Below are positions 7,411 through 17,157 of a stretch of 20,000 nt of DNA, one piece after another. The notes beneath the pieces were generated by a model. It worked only from the letters and a program-made list of their open reading frames with translations, searched no databases and was not told where the DNA came from. The DNA is from an uncultured virus (IMG/VR IMGVR_UViG_3300003375_000022) (Duplodnaviria > Heunggongvirae > Uroviricota > Caudoviricetes). The position numbers and the translations under genes are program-made. The stretch is from the IMG/VR virus record IMGVR_UViG_3300003375_000022. The stretch is one strand, 5' to 3'. Positions within the stretch are counted from its first letter, which is position 1. Every line of letters starts with the position of its first letter.

Positions 7411-7449
7411 TGTTACACAAATGTATAACAAGCAACCGTCATTAACAAA
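7411..7449 (-). promoter_or_regulatory. Bacteroidota-type promoter
   Basis: Minus-strand TTTG (7446..7449), 20-nt spacer, TAcaTTTG (7418..7425): a full match to the -33/-7 consensus. Confidence 0.75.
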
Positions 7450-7480
7450 TATTTTTTTAATACTTGTTAACAACTGATTG

Positions 7481-7687
7481 TTAATCTTGGGTTTGTTGGA
7501 TTGCTTGATTTTGCAGCTTAGCTATGGTTAGCAGCTTAATTTGTTTATCAAGAGCTAACACATCTTCTTCTATTCTACGGTGTTCCTTGCGTTCTCTGTA
7601 AATAAAAATTGTTGTAAGGGCTGCGACAGCCGCAATAGCTTCAAAAACTATTCTATGAAAATGTATTTCTGCCTTACTTTCCGCCAT
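7481..7687 (-). CDS. Small single-TM membrane protein
   Basis: IVFEAIAAVAALTTIFIY followed by a basic, coiled-coil-like tail. Confidence 0.65.
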   Translation of the reverse strand: MAESKAEIHFHRIVFEAIAAVAALTTIFIYRERKEHRRIEEDVLALDKQIKLLTIAKLQNQAIQQTQD

Positions 7688-7691
7688 TTTT

Positions 7692-7874
7692 TTATTTTGT
7701 TTCTTGCTCTTTCTTTTTAGCCTGAGATGGTTTCCACCAGAACTCCCATAAGCCCCAAGCTAATAAAGCTGCTCCAGCTACGTATAAAATTGTATTTCCA
7801 CCACTTCTGCTTCCAGAAGCCGCTGATGATGATGCTGATGAGCCTGCGCTCGCTGTGTTAAAATGTGTGATCAT
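7692..7874 (-). CDS. Small single-TM membrane protein with Ser/Ala/Gly-rich N terminus
   Basis: ILYVAGAALLAWGLWEFWW followed by a lysine-rich tail. Confidence 0.65.
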   Translation of the reverse strand: MITHFNTASAGSSASSSAASGSRSGGNTILYVAGAALLAWGLWEFWWKPSQAKKKEQETK

Positions 7875-7876
7875 GC

Positions 7877-8422
7877 TTATTTTTTTGTTAGCGTATATAC
7901 TTGTTTTTCTGTTTCTATTAATTTATGGTACGTTGTTTCAATACCATTTTCTTTCCCTTCTTCGTAAGTCTCAAAAACCACTTTATAAGAAGTTGGTGAA
8001 GAAGATTTAAGTTCATCGATTGTAAATTTAGTTTTACCAGCTTCTAACTGAGTAGCTAATTCTTTGTCGATAGCGATGCCCTTTGTGTCCACAGCGTCTT
8101 CTGTTTGGTTTGCACCTACAATTACTGGCTCAACAGCCGCTTCCTGTTTAATCTCTTCTACGACCTCTTTTGTTTCATGAGGAAGCTTTGCGCTGTTTGT
8201 GTCTTTACCTTCAAGTTCGTCTTTGATTTCCCTTACAACCCACTTGTCGTTTGCTTTTAATTTTTGTAAAACTTTTTCAGATACTTTTCTGCCAGTTTTT
8301 TCCATCATGTTTATTGATTTCTCAATATCGGCAATAGTTCTAATTCCTATTTTTGCATCCAAAGGAAGTTTGTCTAAAGTTAGACCTTTTTCCTGCATTA
8401 ATTTTTCATATTCGTGTTCCAT
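7877..8422 (-). CDS. Hypothetical protein, 181 aa
   Basis: Tightly packed minus-strand ORF. No family recognised. Confidence 0.7.
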   Translation of the reverse strand: MEHEYEKLMQEKGLTLDKLPLDAKIGIRTIADIEKSINMMEKTGRKVSEKVLQKLKANDKWVVREIKDELEGKDTNSAKLPHETKEVVEEIKQEAAVEPVIVGANQTEDAVDTKGIAIDKELATQLEAGKTKFTIDELKSSSPTSYKVVFETYEEGKENGIETTYHKLIETEKQVYTLTKK

Positions 8423-8442
8423 ATTTATTTGTGTTTTTTAGG

Positions 8443-11334
8443 TTATTGCAAATGTACAAAATGTTTATTTAACTTACGCAGAATATTTGTTCTAACGGTT
8501 TCTCCTTTTTTGGAAAGATTGTTTTCAAATTCTGGATTATACATAACTTCTTTAATGTAACCTAATTTTAAACGCTTCCAATTGCCTTCGTTGATTTCTG
8601 GGTGGTCGTGTGTGCCGTATCTATTTATTGCGCTGGCAAGTAATGCCGATTCTTCTTCTATTAATTCGTTGCTCCAATGTGTTTCATCAATAACGTCTTC
8701 TTCCAAAACTTCTTCTTCTGATTCTTCTGCATCCAGTTCTTGGATTTGTTTGTTTATTGAACTTATTTTTTGTTGTATTGAATTTGTGTAATCTTCGGTG
8801 TCTTCTTTTGGCGAAAGCTGTTTCAATAAATTTGACCTCTCTTGAATCAGTTCTTCTATGATTTCGTCATTCATTTCTTGTAAAGTTCCGCCTTCTTCGA
8901 ACTTATCAACATAATCCCAATCTTTATCCAATTCCCACGTAGTTACTATTTTTGTTGAATTTCCGTTCTCCAAGTTATACGTATTGTAATCTGGTTTGTA
9001 TTTTTTAATTACATAAACTGGATATTTTCCAAATAGTGGTTTACCTTTCATTCTATAGCCTTCCCCTATTTTGTCTTTTCCAAATGTTTCTGATTCTATA
9101 GTAGCTCCTTGCTCAAACATTTCGCGATGTTCTAATTCGTATTTCTGTATAGTTTCTTCGTCTAATAAATTCCTATTTACAGTCATTAGTTTTTTGCCTT
9201 TGTGATAAACAATCCAATTACCTTTAGGCGAAGAATCAACGGTAACGTCTTCTAAACTTATTTTGTTATCGCTAATTCTAATAGCTTTTAAAAATCTTTG
9301 AGCCTTAAAATCTAATTCTTTGTTTATAGTAGCTCCTTGCTCAAACTTATCAACGCCCATTGAATTAGATAATTCTTCTTGGAATTCTTCGTCTTGGAGA
9401 GTATCATTTAATGTTGCATACCAGTCTATTTTTCCATTATGTTTTTGAACATTGCCTTTAATATATTTATTAAAAATTATTTTGCCCTTTGGAGTTTTTG
9501 AAAGAAATTCTGATATTAACTTTACAGCAGAATCTATTGTTTTTTCCGGTATTTCATTTTCTGCAGAAATATAATCTCTTAAAACCTTACTTTCTACACC
9601 GCCTCCATCTTCAAATGTAGATATTAACTTAAACCTTGTTTTTAGTTCTTCTTTGGTTACAAGCATTTCACTACCACCAAAAAAACCTCCTTGTGTAGTT
9701 TTTAATTCGTATATGCCATCTTTTCCGAGTTTTTTAACCACGTAACGCTTTCCGTTAAACTCAACTTGTTTACCAATCCATTCTTCCCCAGTTATATTTC
9801 CGCCTTGCTCAAATTTCTCATTGCCTTTAACTACAGCTTTTAAAACTTTTAAAATATTATCATAAGTTTTTGGCATTTCCCATACGTTCATTTCGTCCCA
9901 AATTTTTGCACGAACCTTATAATCTAAATTATTTTCTTTTTCAAAATAAACCATTAGGTCTTTTAGGTCAGCTCCTTTTTTAACCTGAGCCTGCATGTAT
10001 CTTGCGGTTTCTTCTAATTTATATTCGGGAATAATAGTTGCTCCTTCTTCATGGGCGGCAACGTGCGTAACTTGCTCGCCACCTTTTTCTGCCAACACAG
10101 CGGTTACTTCCCACGGCTTCTTAGTTGCTTTAAAAGCTACGGCGGCTTTATTACGTGCTTCTAATGAAGTGTTTGCGTGTACTTCCATTTGTTTGCCTTT
10201 GTAGAAACATATATACCCATTAGCTCCTTCTGGACTCACTTCAATCTTTCTTTCTACGCCGCCTCCATCTGCAAATTTTTCTCCGTAAGAACCCGATAAT
10301 GGTTTGCCGCTTTTTAAAACTTTCTTAGCAACCTTCATGTAATTTTCGTAAGCTACTTTATCTTTAAAATCATTTTCTGAAAGATTATCAAAATACGCTT
10401 GATCCATATAAACAATAGCAAATTTATCTCCACTACCATTTACACCTATATAGCCAGTTGATTTTCCAAGTTCGCCAGCTTTCTTTTCGCGCTTATATAA
10501 ATCTACAGCTTTAATGTATTCTTCTTGAAAATTGCTCGAAGAACCATTTAATGCTCCATGACCACCTTGATTGTCGTAGTATTCTACTTGATACCAAATT
10601 TTAGGTTCTTCTTTTTTAAATGATTCTGAACTTAATAAAACTAAATATTTTCCGGAAGGATCACCCTCTGCTGTGCCATTAAATTGTTTGGCTAATTGCA
10701 TTGCTTTTGATTTACTAAATAAACCAGCGTCATTGTACCCGTCTTCGCTAATTCCATCTGCTTCCTGATTAAGATAATCCTGTTCTCCATAAACCCCGAT
10801 TTCTTTTAGTTTTTCAAGAGTCCGATTTAAGTCTTCTTGTGAAGTAGTATAGGTGCTTTTTGCATTTATTCCATGAGATTGTTTGTTTACAGTTGCTCCT
10901 TGCTCAAATCGTGTTCCGCCAACTTCTGTGTAAAGTTTTTTATACTTTTCGTATTCGTCTTTATGGAATTTCTTATGTTTAGCCCAATCTTTATCTCCTG
11001 GAAGATAAGATGCAGCCATAGTTTCGTGATGATTCATTTGTTTTTTATACTCCGCTTTTTTTAAGCCGTCTTTATCTATGGTTGCTCCTTTAGCGTATTT
11101 ACCAGTTGCCACATGGTCTTCTAATGCAACCCTAATGGCTGGCTCTAAATTAAAATAAATTGATGTTGCATAATTTTGTGTATTCAGCTTAGTATTGTTG
11201 TTTCCAAGTTCGGCTTTATGGATTCTATTGATTTCGACTTCGTGGTCTTTTAAGAAGTGGGTTCGTTGCGAAACGCTCCAATTATCCCAAATTGTTTTTG
11301 CATCTGCCTTGTACTGTTCTGATATTTTTTTCAT
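8443..11334 (-). CDS. Large modular (polyvalent/polyprotein-like) protein, 963 aa, with nine F/Y-E/A-x-G-G/A linker motifs
   Basis: Motifs start at aa 79, 142, 353, 427, 507, 573, 663, 739 and 811, separating unrelated modules that are mostly 63-90 aa long. Confidence 0.85.
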   Translation of the reverse strand: MKKISEQYKADAKTIWDNWSVSQRTHFLKDHEVEINRIHKAELGNNNTKLNTQNYATSIYFNLEPAIRVALEDHVATGKYAKGATIDKDGLKKAEYKKQMNHHETMAASYLPGDKDWAKHKKFHKDEYEKYKKLYTEVGGTRFEQGATVNKQSHGINAKSTYTTSQEDLNRTLEKLKEIGVYGEQDYLNQEADGISEDGYNDAGLFSKSKAMQLAKQFNGTAEGDPSGKYLVLLSSESFKKEEPKIWYQVEYYDNQGGHGALNGSSSNFQEEYIKAVDLYKREKKAGELGKSTGYIGVNGSGDKFAIVYMDQAYFDNLSENDFKDKVAYENYMKVAKKVLKSGKPLSGSYGEKFADGGGVERKIEVSPEGANGYICFYKGKQMEVHANTSLEARNKAAVAFKATKKPWEVTAVLAEKGGEQVTHVAAHEEGATIIPEYKLEETARYMQAQVKKGADLKDLMVYFEKENNLDYKVRAKIWDEMNVWEMPKTYDNILKVLKAVVKGNEKFEQGGNITGEEWIGKQVEFNGKRYVVKKLGKDGIYELKTTQGGFFGGSEMLVTKEELKTRFKLISTFEDGGGVESKVLRDYISAENEIPEKTIDSAVKLISEFLSKTPKGKIIFNKYIKGNVQKHNGKIDWYATLNDTLQDEEFQEELSNSMGVDKFEQGATINKELDFKAQRFLKAIRISDNKISLEDVTVDSSPKGNWIVYHKGKKLMTVNRNLLDEETIQKYELEHREMFEQGATIESETFGKDKIGEGYRMKGKPLFGKYPVYVIKKYKPDYNTYNLENGNSTKIVTTWELDKDWDYVDKFEEGGTLQEMNDEIIEELIQERSNLLKQLSPKEDTEDYTNSIQQKISSINKQIQELDAEESEEEVLEEDVIDETHWSNELIEEESALLASAINRYGTHDHPEINEGNWKRLKLGYIKEVMYNPEFENNLSKKGETVRTNILRKLNKHFVHLQ

Positions 11335-11352
11335 TTTATATTTATTAAATTT

Positions 11353-12009
11353 TTATTTAAGTGATTCTAACATTTCTATTGCTGTGTGGTATGCGCCATT
11401 CCATAATTCCTTTTCTTCTTCCGTTATATGTTCTTGGCGCAGCATCATATTAGCGGTTTCCAGTAAACCTTCGAACCTTTGTTGGTGGTCGTCAAAATCA
11501 ACTTCCTCTTCTTCGGTTATCGGCTCAAAACTTTCCGCATTAATTACTTCAAGAACAAACTCTGGAAGCTTTGCATATCCATCTTCGTAAACAAATGTAC
11601 TTATTTCTTTTGTAAGTGCCTTAAATTTAGCAGAAGTAGCTTCATCCATTGGTTTTTTAGTAAACGCAAAACCTATGTACATAGAAATTAATTCGGTTAT
11701 CTTTTCTATTCCTGTGTGTTGCTGCGCATACAATTCTAAATACCTTTGCACTATCCACCACTCACGAAGTTTAGCGCGCTCCGAAAACAAATCCGTTTCT
11801 GCCATAACCTTGTAAGCTATAACAATTAATCTGTCGTCATTAAACGCAATTTTATCTTGCATGTTTTCCATGTGTATTTTAGCGTCTACTTCGCGTAGCT
11901 TAAAGTACCAATCTTCTTTGTGGAAAACTGCTGGTATTTCGGATATGTGTTCTGTGAAATCTGTAAACTTAAATTTCGCTGAAACTATTTCTAATTCTTG
12001 TGCTTCCAT
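11353..12009 (-). CDS. Hypothetical acidic alpha-helical protein, 218 aa
   Basis: Packed between large co-oriented genes. No family recognised. Confidence 0.7.
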   Translation of the reverse strand: MEAQELEIVSAKFKFTDFTEHISEIPAVFHKEDWYFKLREVDAKIHMENMQDKIAFNDDRLIVIAYKVMAETDLFSERAKLREWWIVQRYLELYAQQHTGIEKITELISMYIGFAFTKKPMDEATSAKFKALTKEISTFVYEDGYAKLPEFVLEVINAESFEPITEEEEVDFDDHQQRFEGLLETANMMLRQEHITEEEKELWNGAYHTAIEMLESLK

Positions 12010-12014
12010 ATTTC

Positions 12015-15000
12015 TTAATCTAATAAAATTGTCATTTGCACCAACTCGTCAATAAGAAAATCTATTTCTTGTTTTGCCCTGTCTTCTGGCGCAACAAATT
12101 TAACCCTATTTTCTTCATCTATTTCAGTTAATTCAAATTCGTCGTTAAATTGTTCAAATGCGTAATCTGCTTTGTGTCTTTCAAAATATAAATTAGCAGT
12201 TGCAAAACTTGGCTTGCGTCTTAGTGCTTCAAATGCCAGCATCAATGAATTAAACTCTGTAAAGTTCATTTCTAATTGCGCTACATAACGCATTCCATAA
12301 TTCATGTAGTTTTCTAATTCAACTACATTTGTAGGGAAAAATGTTTTAAACTGTGTGCCGTAACCAAATCTAAATAACCCCAGCATTCTGCCCCTTGAAG
12401 ATATATCTTTAAATATAGCGCTCTTTCCAGCTATCCTGTAATTGCTGTCTGATATTTGAGTTCCAACTTCTTTTTGCAGATAGTAAGCAAAATAATCAAC
12501 CGCTTGTACGTTGTCGGAAATAACTTTAAAGGTTAGTGAATCTAACACGTTTTGTTTCGAAGGCACTTCTTCTAAGGATTCTTTATTGTTGTACGCCTTA
12601 ATGTTACCTAAGGATGTATAAAAATGATTGCTATCTGCATTGACGACAATAAATATTCCTCTTTCACGACTTGTTATTTGAAATACAAATTCATTTTGAA
12701 TTCTTTCTATTGTATCAATTGCCTCTTCGCCGTTTTTACGTTTTTTGTTTTCTTCGGAAGCTTTTCCAAACATTGCATAGTAAATGTAATCATACATAAA
12801 TTTATTTATGTTCTCTGGATTGCCGTCGTAATAAACAGGGTACTGTAATTGCGATTCAGGATTATAGCGTTCTTCCAGTATTTTATAAATAGACTTCTCT
12901 GGTTTTCTACTGTATTTTTCGTCTTCTTTTTTGTCAGACAATTCTATGCCAAGTCTTGTTCTTCCGTCTTTGTAATTAAATTTAATTATCTGACCAGTTA
13001 ATCCGTTTTTACGTGATAAACTATATGTACGAGGTAAACTACCTACAAGAATGTATTTATCTTCTCTGTATGAGTTATCGAACTTGCCAGCTATCTCATT
13101 CCACATTCCTTTGTATGAATCCGCAATCAATGTTATAGCCTCTGTTTCTTTATATCCTAATGCTTTTTCTTCGTCAGTGAATTTTTTATTGAATTTATAA
13201 ACACTGTAAACAAATTTTTCGGAAACACCAGCTAAATGTATTTCAAATTTACTTGGAGTCAAGTCCCATATATCGTAAGGAAAAGAAACGCCAGTCATTA
13301 CAACTGATTGCCTTGAAGATTCTTTATAAGTTACGCTTTTTACATTCCATCCGTTTTCGTCAAACTCTTTGTTTTCTTCGTACACAACTAAATCAAACAC
13401 CTTGCCTATTTGACCAATGTATTCTTTCCCTTTTTTAACTAATGAACTAAACTCGCTGATTAATTTTAGGTTTGAATTTATTTTCTTTTCCTTGTATTCT
13501 ATTTCTTCTTCGGCTCGCTTTGCTTCTCTTTTAATTTCACGCTGCTCACTTTTTTGAGAAAGTATTTCTGAAACAAGAGCGAATTTTTCTTCAAGCTCTT
13601 TTTTTCTTTTATTGCTTTCGTTCATTTCTAAAGAAAGTTTACCAACTTCCTCCATATTTCCTTCAATAGCAGCCTTTGTTATAGCTTCTGCTCTTGATTT
13701 CGCAGATTCGTTTATTTCGTTTAGTTCTTTTTCGGTTGCAAGCGCGTCATCAAGTTTTTCAAACTTTCTTAAGGTTCCTTGAATCTTAGATAGCTCGGCT
13801 TTTAACTCAACAACTTCTTCTTCTGATTGCTTAATCTGTGTTTGGTAGAACTCGGTTTTTTCTTTTTCAAATCCATCCAACCTTTCTTTTGCTTTTGGCT
13901 GAAAATCAGATAATCTTGAAAAATACAAATCTTCTTTTACCGTTGAACCAACAGAACTACTTCCTTCTGGAGCCAATTTAATTTTAAGGTGGTCGGTAAT
14001 AGCTTCCGTTATTTTTCTTTCCGTGTTTTTTTCTTTAAATAATTGTACGTTAACTTTTTCTATTGAACTATGTCTTCCGAAAGAAGTTTTGGCATGGTTG
14101 TCGCCAACAAAGAAAGGCGCACTAAATACGGTTTCTGCCAAGTAATCTTTCTGTGTCATTTTACCCTTAAACAACCCAAGTTTTATTTGATTTTCAATAT
14201 ACTCTTTTAAGCGCTTGGCAAATGTTTCGTAAAAATCTTTTTGGAATTGGAATGGTTTAAAGTAAAGTGTTTTTGAATAATCTTTAATTTGCGAGCCGCG
14301 TCTAACTGGTTCTCTGCTAACTCTTAAATCCTTCATTGTTTCGTTGAACGGTTCAACAGCTTCGTCACTGAAGAAGTCATCAAAAGAAAACATATACGAA
14401 CCCTGTTCTTGGTTAGAACTAACGTTTGCAGACAACGAACGTAATTTCTGTTCCATTAAAGCTGTTAGTCTTGCTTCAGAAGGTATGGCTGAAATTATAT
14501 AGGTATATTCTGGTTCATAAACTTGACCAGTACGATTAATGCGCCCAAGTTTTTGAACTTCTTTATTTATATCTAACTCCATTTGGGTGATAACCATTGC
14601 ACGCTTCTTAACCTCTTTTTTATTTTCAAGAGTTGAAGGAGCAGCATCAATCACAACGCCGTCTTCGCCTTTAACTGGCTTTCCGTCTTCTCCTAATGGC
14701 GTTTCATATACGATGTTAGCTACGTTATTCGGAAGCGCGTGCATAGATATACCCACTGCCCCGCTTTGGTTTATTAAAAGACAGTCTATTGCGTTTTCAT
14801 TAAAATCACGAACCAACACATCCGTCTTAATAATATTTCTTTTTGAAATTGTGCCGTAATCTGTTTCTGTGTCTTCAAAATTAATGCAGCGCTGGCGACC
14901 AGTAATTTCGTTTATAGAAAACCCTGCGTCATGAATATTCTTTTTAATCATATCCAAAGGCGCAATAGGAATACCAGTATCGGTTCCAAGTATTTCTTGT

Positions 15001-17144
15001 ATTAAACTAACGTATTCATTAAATAGCTGGTCTTTAATTTTAGTTGATAACTCATCGTCTGAATCTAAAACATAAACCGTTTCTTTTATTTCTTCTTGCT
15101 GCCCTTCATCGTTAACAGAAATTTTAATTTCATTCCAACGCATGGTGTAGTTAAGTAGGTAAGCCATGTAAAGTGAGAAATCATTTTTAATTTTATCCCC
15201 TACTTTATATGAATCAACGCTTACATTACTCATAAATGTTTTCGACATATTGTCTAACGCTGATTCCATTGTGCTGGCAACCGTTACAACAACCTTTCTG
15301 CCATTTTTTAAATTCTCTATAGCACGTTCGCTTGACTGCCTAACTTTTAAGCCAAGCAACATAAAGTTAAATAAATTAAACGCTAAGGCATTTACGCCGC
15401 GCGCTTGTTTTATTTTTGCCTTTTCTTCTGTATTTAAGTTGCTTTTATGTTCTGATACAACCACTCTAACTTTATCTGCAAAATCAAGAACCTTACTATA
15501 TAGTACAGCTATTCTGTCTAATTTATTTATTTGGTTATCGCCAGTTTCTGAACCTTCTTTTTCATAATAGTATTTTGAAACACCTTGAATCAATTTTTCC
15601 CTACGCAACAATTGTCCGTTTCTTGTAAGTTCTGCCGATACCGCTTCTTGCAAAGCGTTTCCTCCAGCAATAAACACATCAACCAACTCCTCGTCATTTA
15701 ATCCAGACTCCCTTATGCTTGTTCTTAAAGCATACAAAGGCATGTTATCTGGACGCTTGGCATAGGTAGCTGATAAATACGTTACCATAGATGCCGCCTT
15801 AATCATTGGAGCCATAATTTCCCCAACATTAGAAGTTATTCCAGATGCAGTATGGCTTTCATCAAGCACAAGTACGCATTTCCTTTTATCGTCAAAAACA
15901 TAGCGCTGTAATAGCAGCGTTTTTGGGTGTAATGATTTTGTTCCGGCTATGTATGGTCTACTAACTTGACTGTATGGTATTGCCATCATTCCAAATTCAG
16001 CGGGTAGTTCCATGTCTGACATCTTTAAATCAACATCTGGCTTTGGAGATTTTTTGCCGTCAGATTTATATTTCCATATTTTTTGTAATTCCTTATTTGT
16101 AATTGAAGGATAGATTACATTTCCTTGTGCGTCTTTTATTTCTATTCCGGAATACGGTATGTAAGGTCTGAATAATTTTTTGCCTTCTCTTAAAGCGGTT
16201 GTTACATTTTTAGCGTATGTTTCTCTGTCAACTGGTTCGTAAACATCTCTTCCGTTTTCAAGATAATGCTGTCTGTATAATTCTATTAGTTCAGCAGTAA
16301 TGTTTTCTATTTCGTCGAAGTTTTCGTTTGTATCGTCAGCACCTTTAACCAAGTATTCGTTTTCCCACCAATCAGGAAAAGAATAATCAACTAAAGTTAC
16401 TTCTTCGTTGTCTTTAATGTCTCTTCTGATTTCACGGAGTATGTAGGTGTCTGTTAGTTCAGATGAATCAATTTCTATTTTTTTTCTTAATACGGTTGGT
16501 ACGCCCGCGTCGAATCCAATGGCTATTAAATCCCTGTATATGTCGTTTATTAAATGTTTTTTTTCTGTAAAAAATATTGGCATAGCTTTTAATTCAAGTG
16601 CCGCGTATCTTAAAATTCCAGCCGCCTGCCTGCCTTTACCAATCCCAGTTTGATCGGCAATAATAATAGCATCGCCGCCGTTTTCATAATTAAAAATAGC
16701 GGTTGCAATAGCGTCGATTTGCTCTCTTGAAAAACGAACTATTTTGCGACCAGCTTCATCTAATTTGTTTGGCTCGTAACATAAGTCTTCAACACTTCTG
16801 TAATGTAATTTCTTAGCTACATATTCCTCTACGGTTAAGCCTAAAATAGCAATTGCATTTTTTAAATACTCGTTAAATTTACGCTGCTCAACAGCCATTG
16901 AATTTGGAACAACGGTATCTAAAGTTGCACCCATTTCGGAAGCGGAATAATACGGTGTTTGTATTTGATCTTCAGCTTCAACAGTTGCACCTAATTCAAA
17001 CTTTTGCGCATTTATTTTTTTTACATCTGTACAAAACAAGTTGTCTGATTTTGTTTTGTCTTTATAAAATTTACTTTCGTTGTCTTTGTAGAATTGGTCG
17101 TCAACTGGTTTGTAAAATTTTTCTTCTATTAATACTGTTTCCAT
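12015..17144 (-). CDS. Strawberry notch-like SF2 helicase (AAA_34/Helicase_C_4 type), 1709 aa
   Basis: IIADQTGIGKGRQAA (motif I), VLDESH (II), YLSATYAKRPDNMPLY (III), EITGR, LLINQSGAVGISMHA (V) and QKLGRINRTGQV (VI), followed by a long coiled coil and an unknown C-terminal region. Confidence 0.9.
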   Translation of the reverse strand: METVLIEEKFYKPVDDQFYKDNESKFYKDKTKSDNLFCTDVKKINAQKFELGATVEAEDQIQTPYYSASEMGATLDTVVPNSMAVEQRKFNEYLKNAIAILGLTVEEYVAKKLHYRSVEDLCYEPNKLDEAGRKIVRFSREQIDAIATAIFNYENGGDAIIIADQTGIGKGRQAAGILRYAALELKAMPIFFTEKKHLINDIYRDLIAIGFDAGVPTVLRKKIEIDSSELTDTYILREIRRDIKDNEEVTLVDYSFPDWWENEYLVKGADDTNENFDEIENITAELIELYRQHYLENGRDVYEPVDRETYAKNVTTALREGKKLFRPYIPYSGIEIKDAQGNVIYPSITNKELQKIWKYKSDGKKSPKPDVDLKMSDMELPAEFGMMAIPYSQVSRPYIAGTKSLHPKTLLLQRYVFDDKRKCVLVLDESHTASGITSNVGEIMAPMIKAASMVTYLSATYAKRPDNMPLYALRTSIRESGLNDEELVDVFIAGGNALQEAVSAELTRNGQLLRREKLIQGVSKYYYEKEGSETGDNQINKLDRIAVLYSKVLDFADKVRVVVSEHKSNLNTEEKAKIKQARGVNALAFNLFNFMLLGLKVRQSSERAIENLKNGRKVVVTVASTMESALDNMSKTFMSNVSVDSYKVGDKIKNDFSLYMAYLLNYTMRWNEIKISVNDEGQQEEIKETVYVLDSDDELSTKIKDQLFNEYVSLIQEILGTDTGIPIAPLDMIKKNIHDAGFSINEITGRQRCINFEDTETDYGTISKRNIIKTDVLVRDFNENAIDCLLINQSGAVGISMHALPNNVANIVYETPLGEDGKPVKGEDGVVIDAAPSTLENKKEVKKRAMVITQMELDINKEVQKLGRINRTGQVYEPEYTYIISAIPSEARLTALMEQKLRSLSANVSSNQEQGSYMFSFDDFFSDEAVEPFNETMKDLRVSREPVRRGSQIKDYSKTLYFKPFQFQKDFYETFAKRLKEYIENQIKLGLFKGKMTQKDYLAETVFSAPFFVGDNHAKTSFGRHSSIEKVNVQLFKEKNTERKITEAITDHLKIKLAPEGSSSVGSTVKEDLYFSRLSDFQPKAKERLDGFEKEKTEFYQTQIKQSEEEVVELKAELSKIQGTLRKFEKLDDALATEKELNEINESAKSRAEAITKAAIEGNMEEVGKLSLEMNESNKRKKELEEKFALVSEILSQKSEQREIKREAKRAEEEIEYKEKKINSNLKLISEFSSLVKKGKEYIGQIGKVFDLVVYEENKEFDENGWNVKSVTYKESSRQSVVMTGVSFPYDIWDLTPSKFEIHLAGVSEKFVYSVYKFNKKFTDEEKALGYKETEAITLIADSYKGMWNEIAGKFDNSYREDKYILVGSLPRTYSLSRKNGLTGQIIKFNYKDGRTRLGIELSDKKEDEKYSRKPEKSIYKILEERYNPESQLQYPVYYDGNPENINKFMYDYIYYAMFGKASEENKKRKNGEEAIDTIERIQNEFVFQITSRERGIFIVVNADSNHFYTSLGNIKAYNNKESLEEVPSKQNVLDSLTFKVISDNVQAVDYFAYYLQKEVGTQISDSNYRIAGKSAIFKDISSRGRMLGLFRFGYGTQFKTFFPTNVVELENYMNYGMRYVAQLEMNFTEFNSLMLAFEALRRKPSFATANLYFERHKADYAFEQFNDEFELTEIDEENRVKFVAPEDRAKQEIDFLIDELVQMTILLD

Positions 17145-17157
17145 AGTTTTTATTTGT

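Noticed and set aside
8881..11100. Regularly spaced ~24-nt repeats as a CRISPR array
   Set aside because: Repeats are degenerate, in frame within a 963-aa ORF and about 190-630 nt apart; no cas genes are present.
16921..16941. SEMGATL as a second linker motif in the helicase
   Set aside because: It lacks the aromatic residue and appears to lie within the start of the helicase module (PY..S.....L.T.VP..MA). KFDGGTI in the 440-aa protein and KLFGGNV in the kinase fusion are likewise only partial matches and were not counted.
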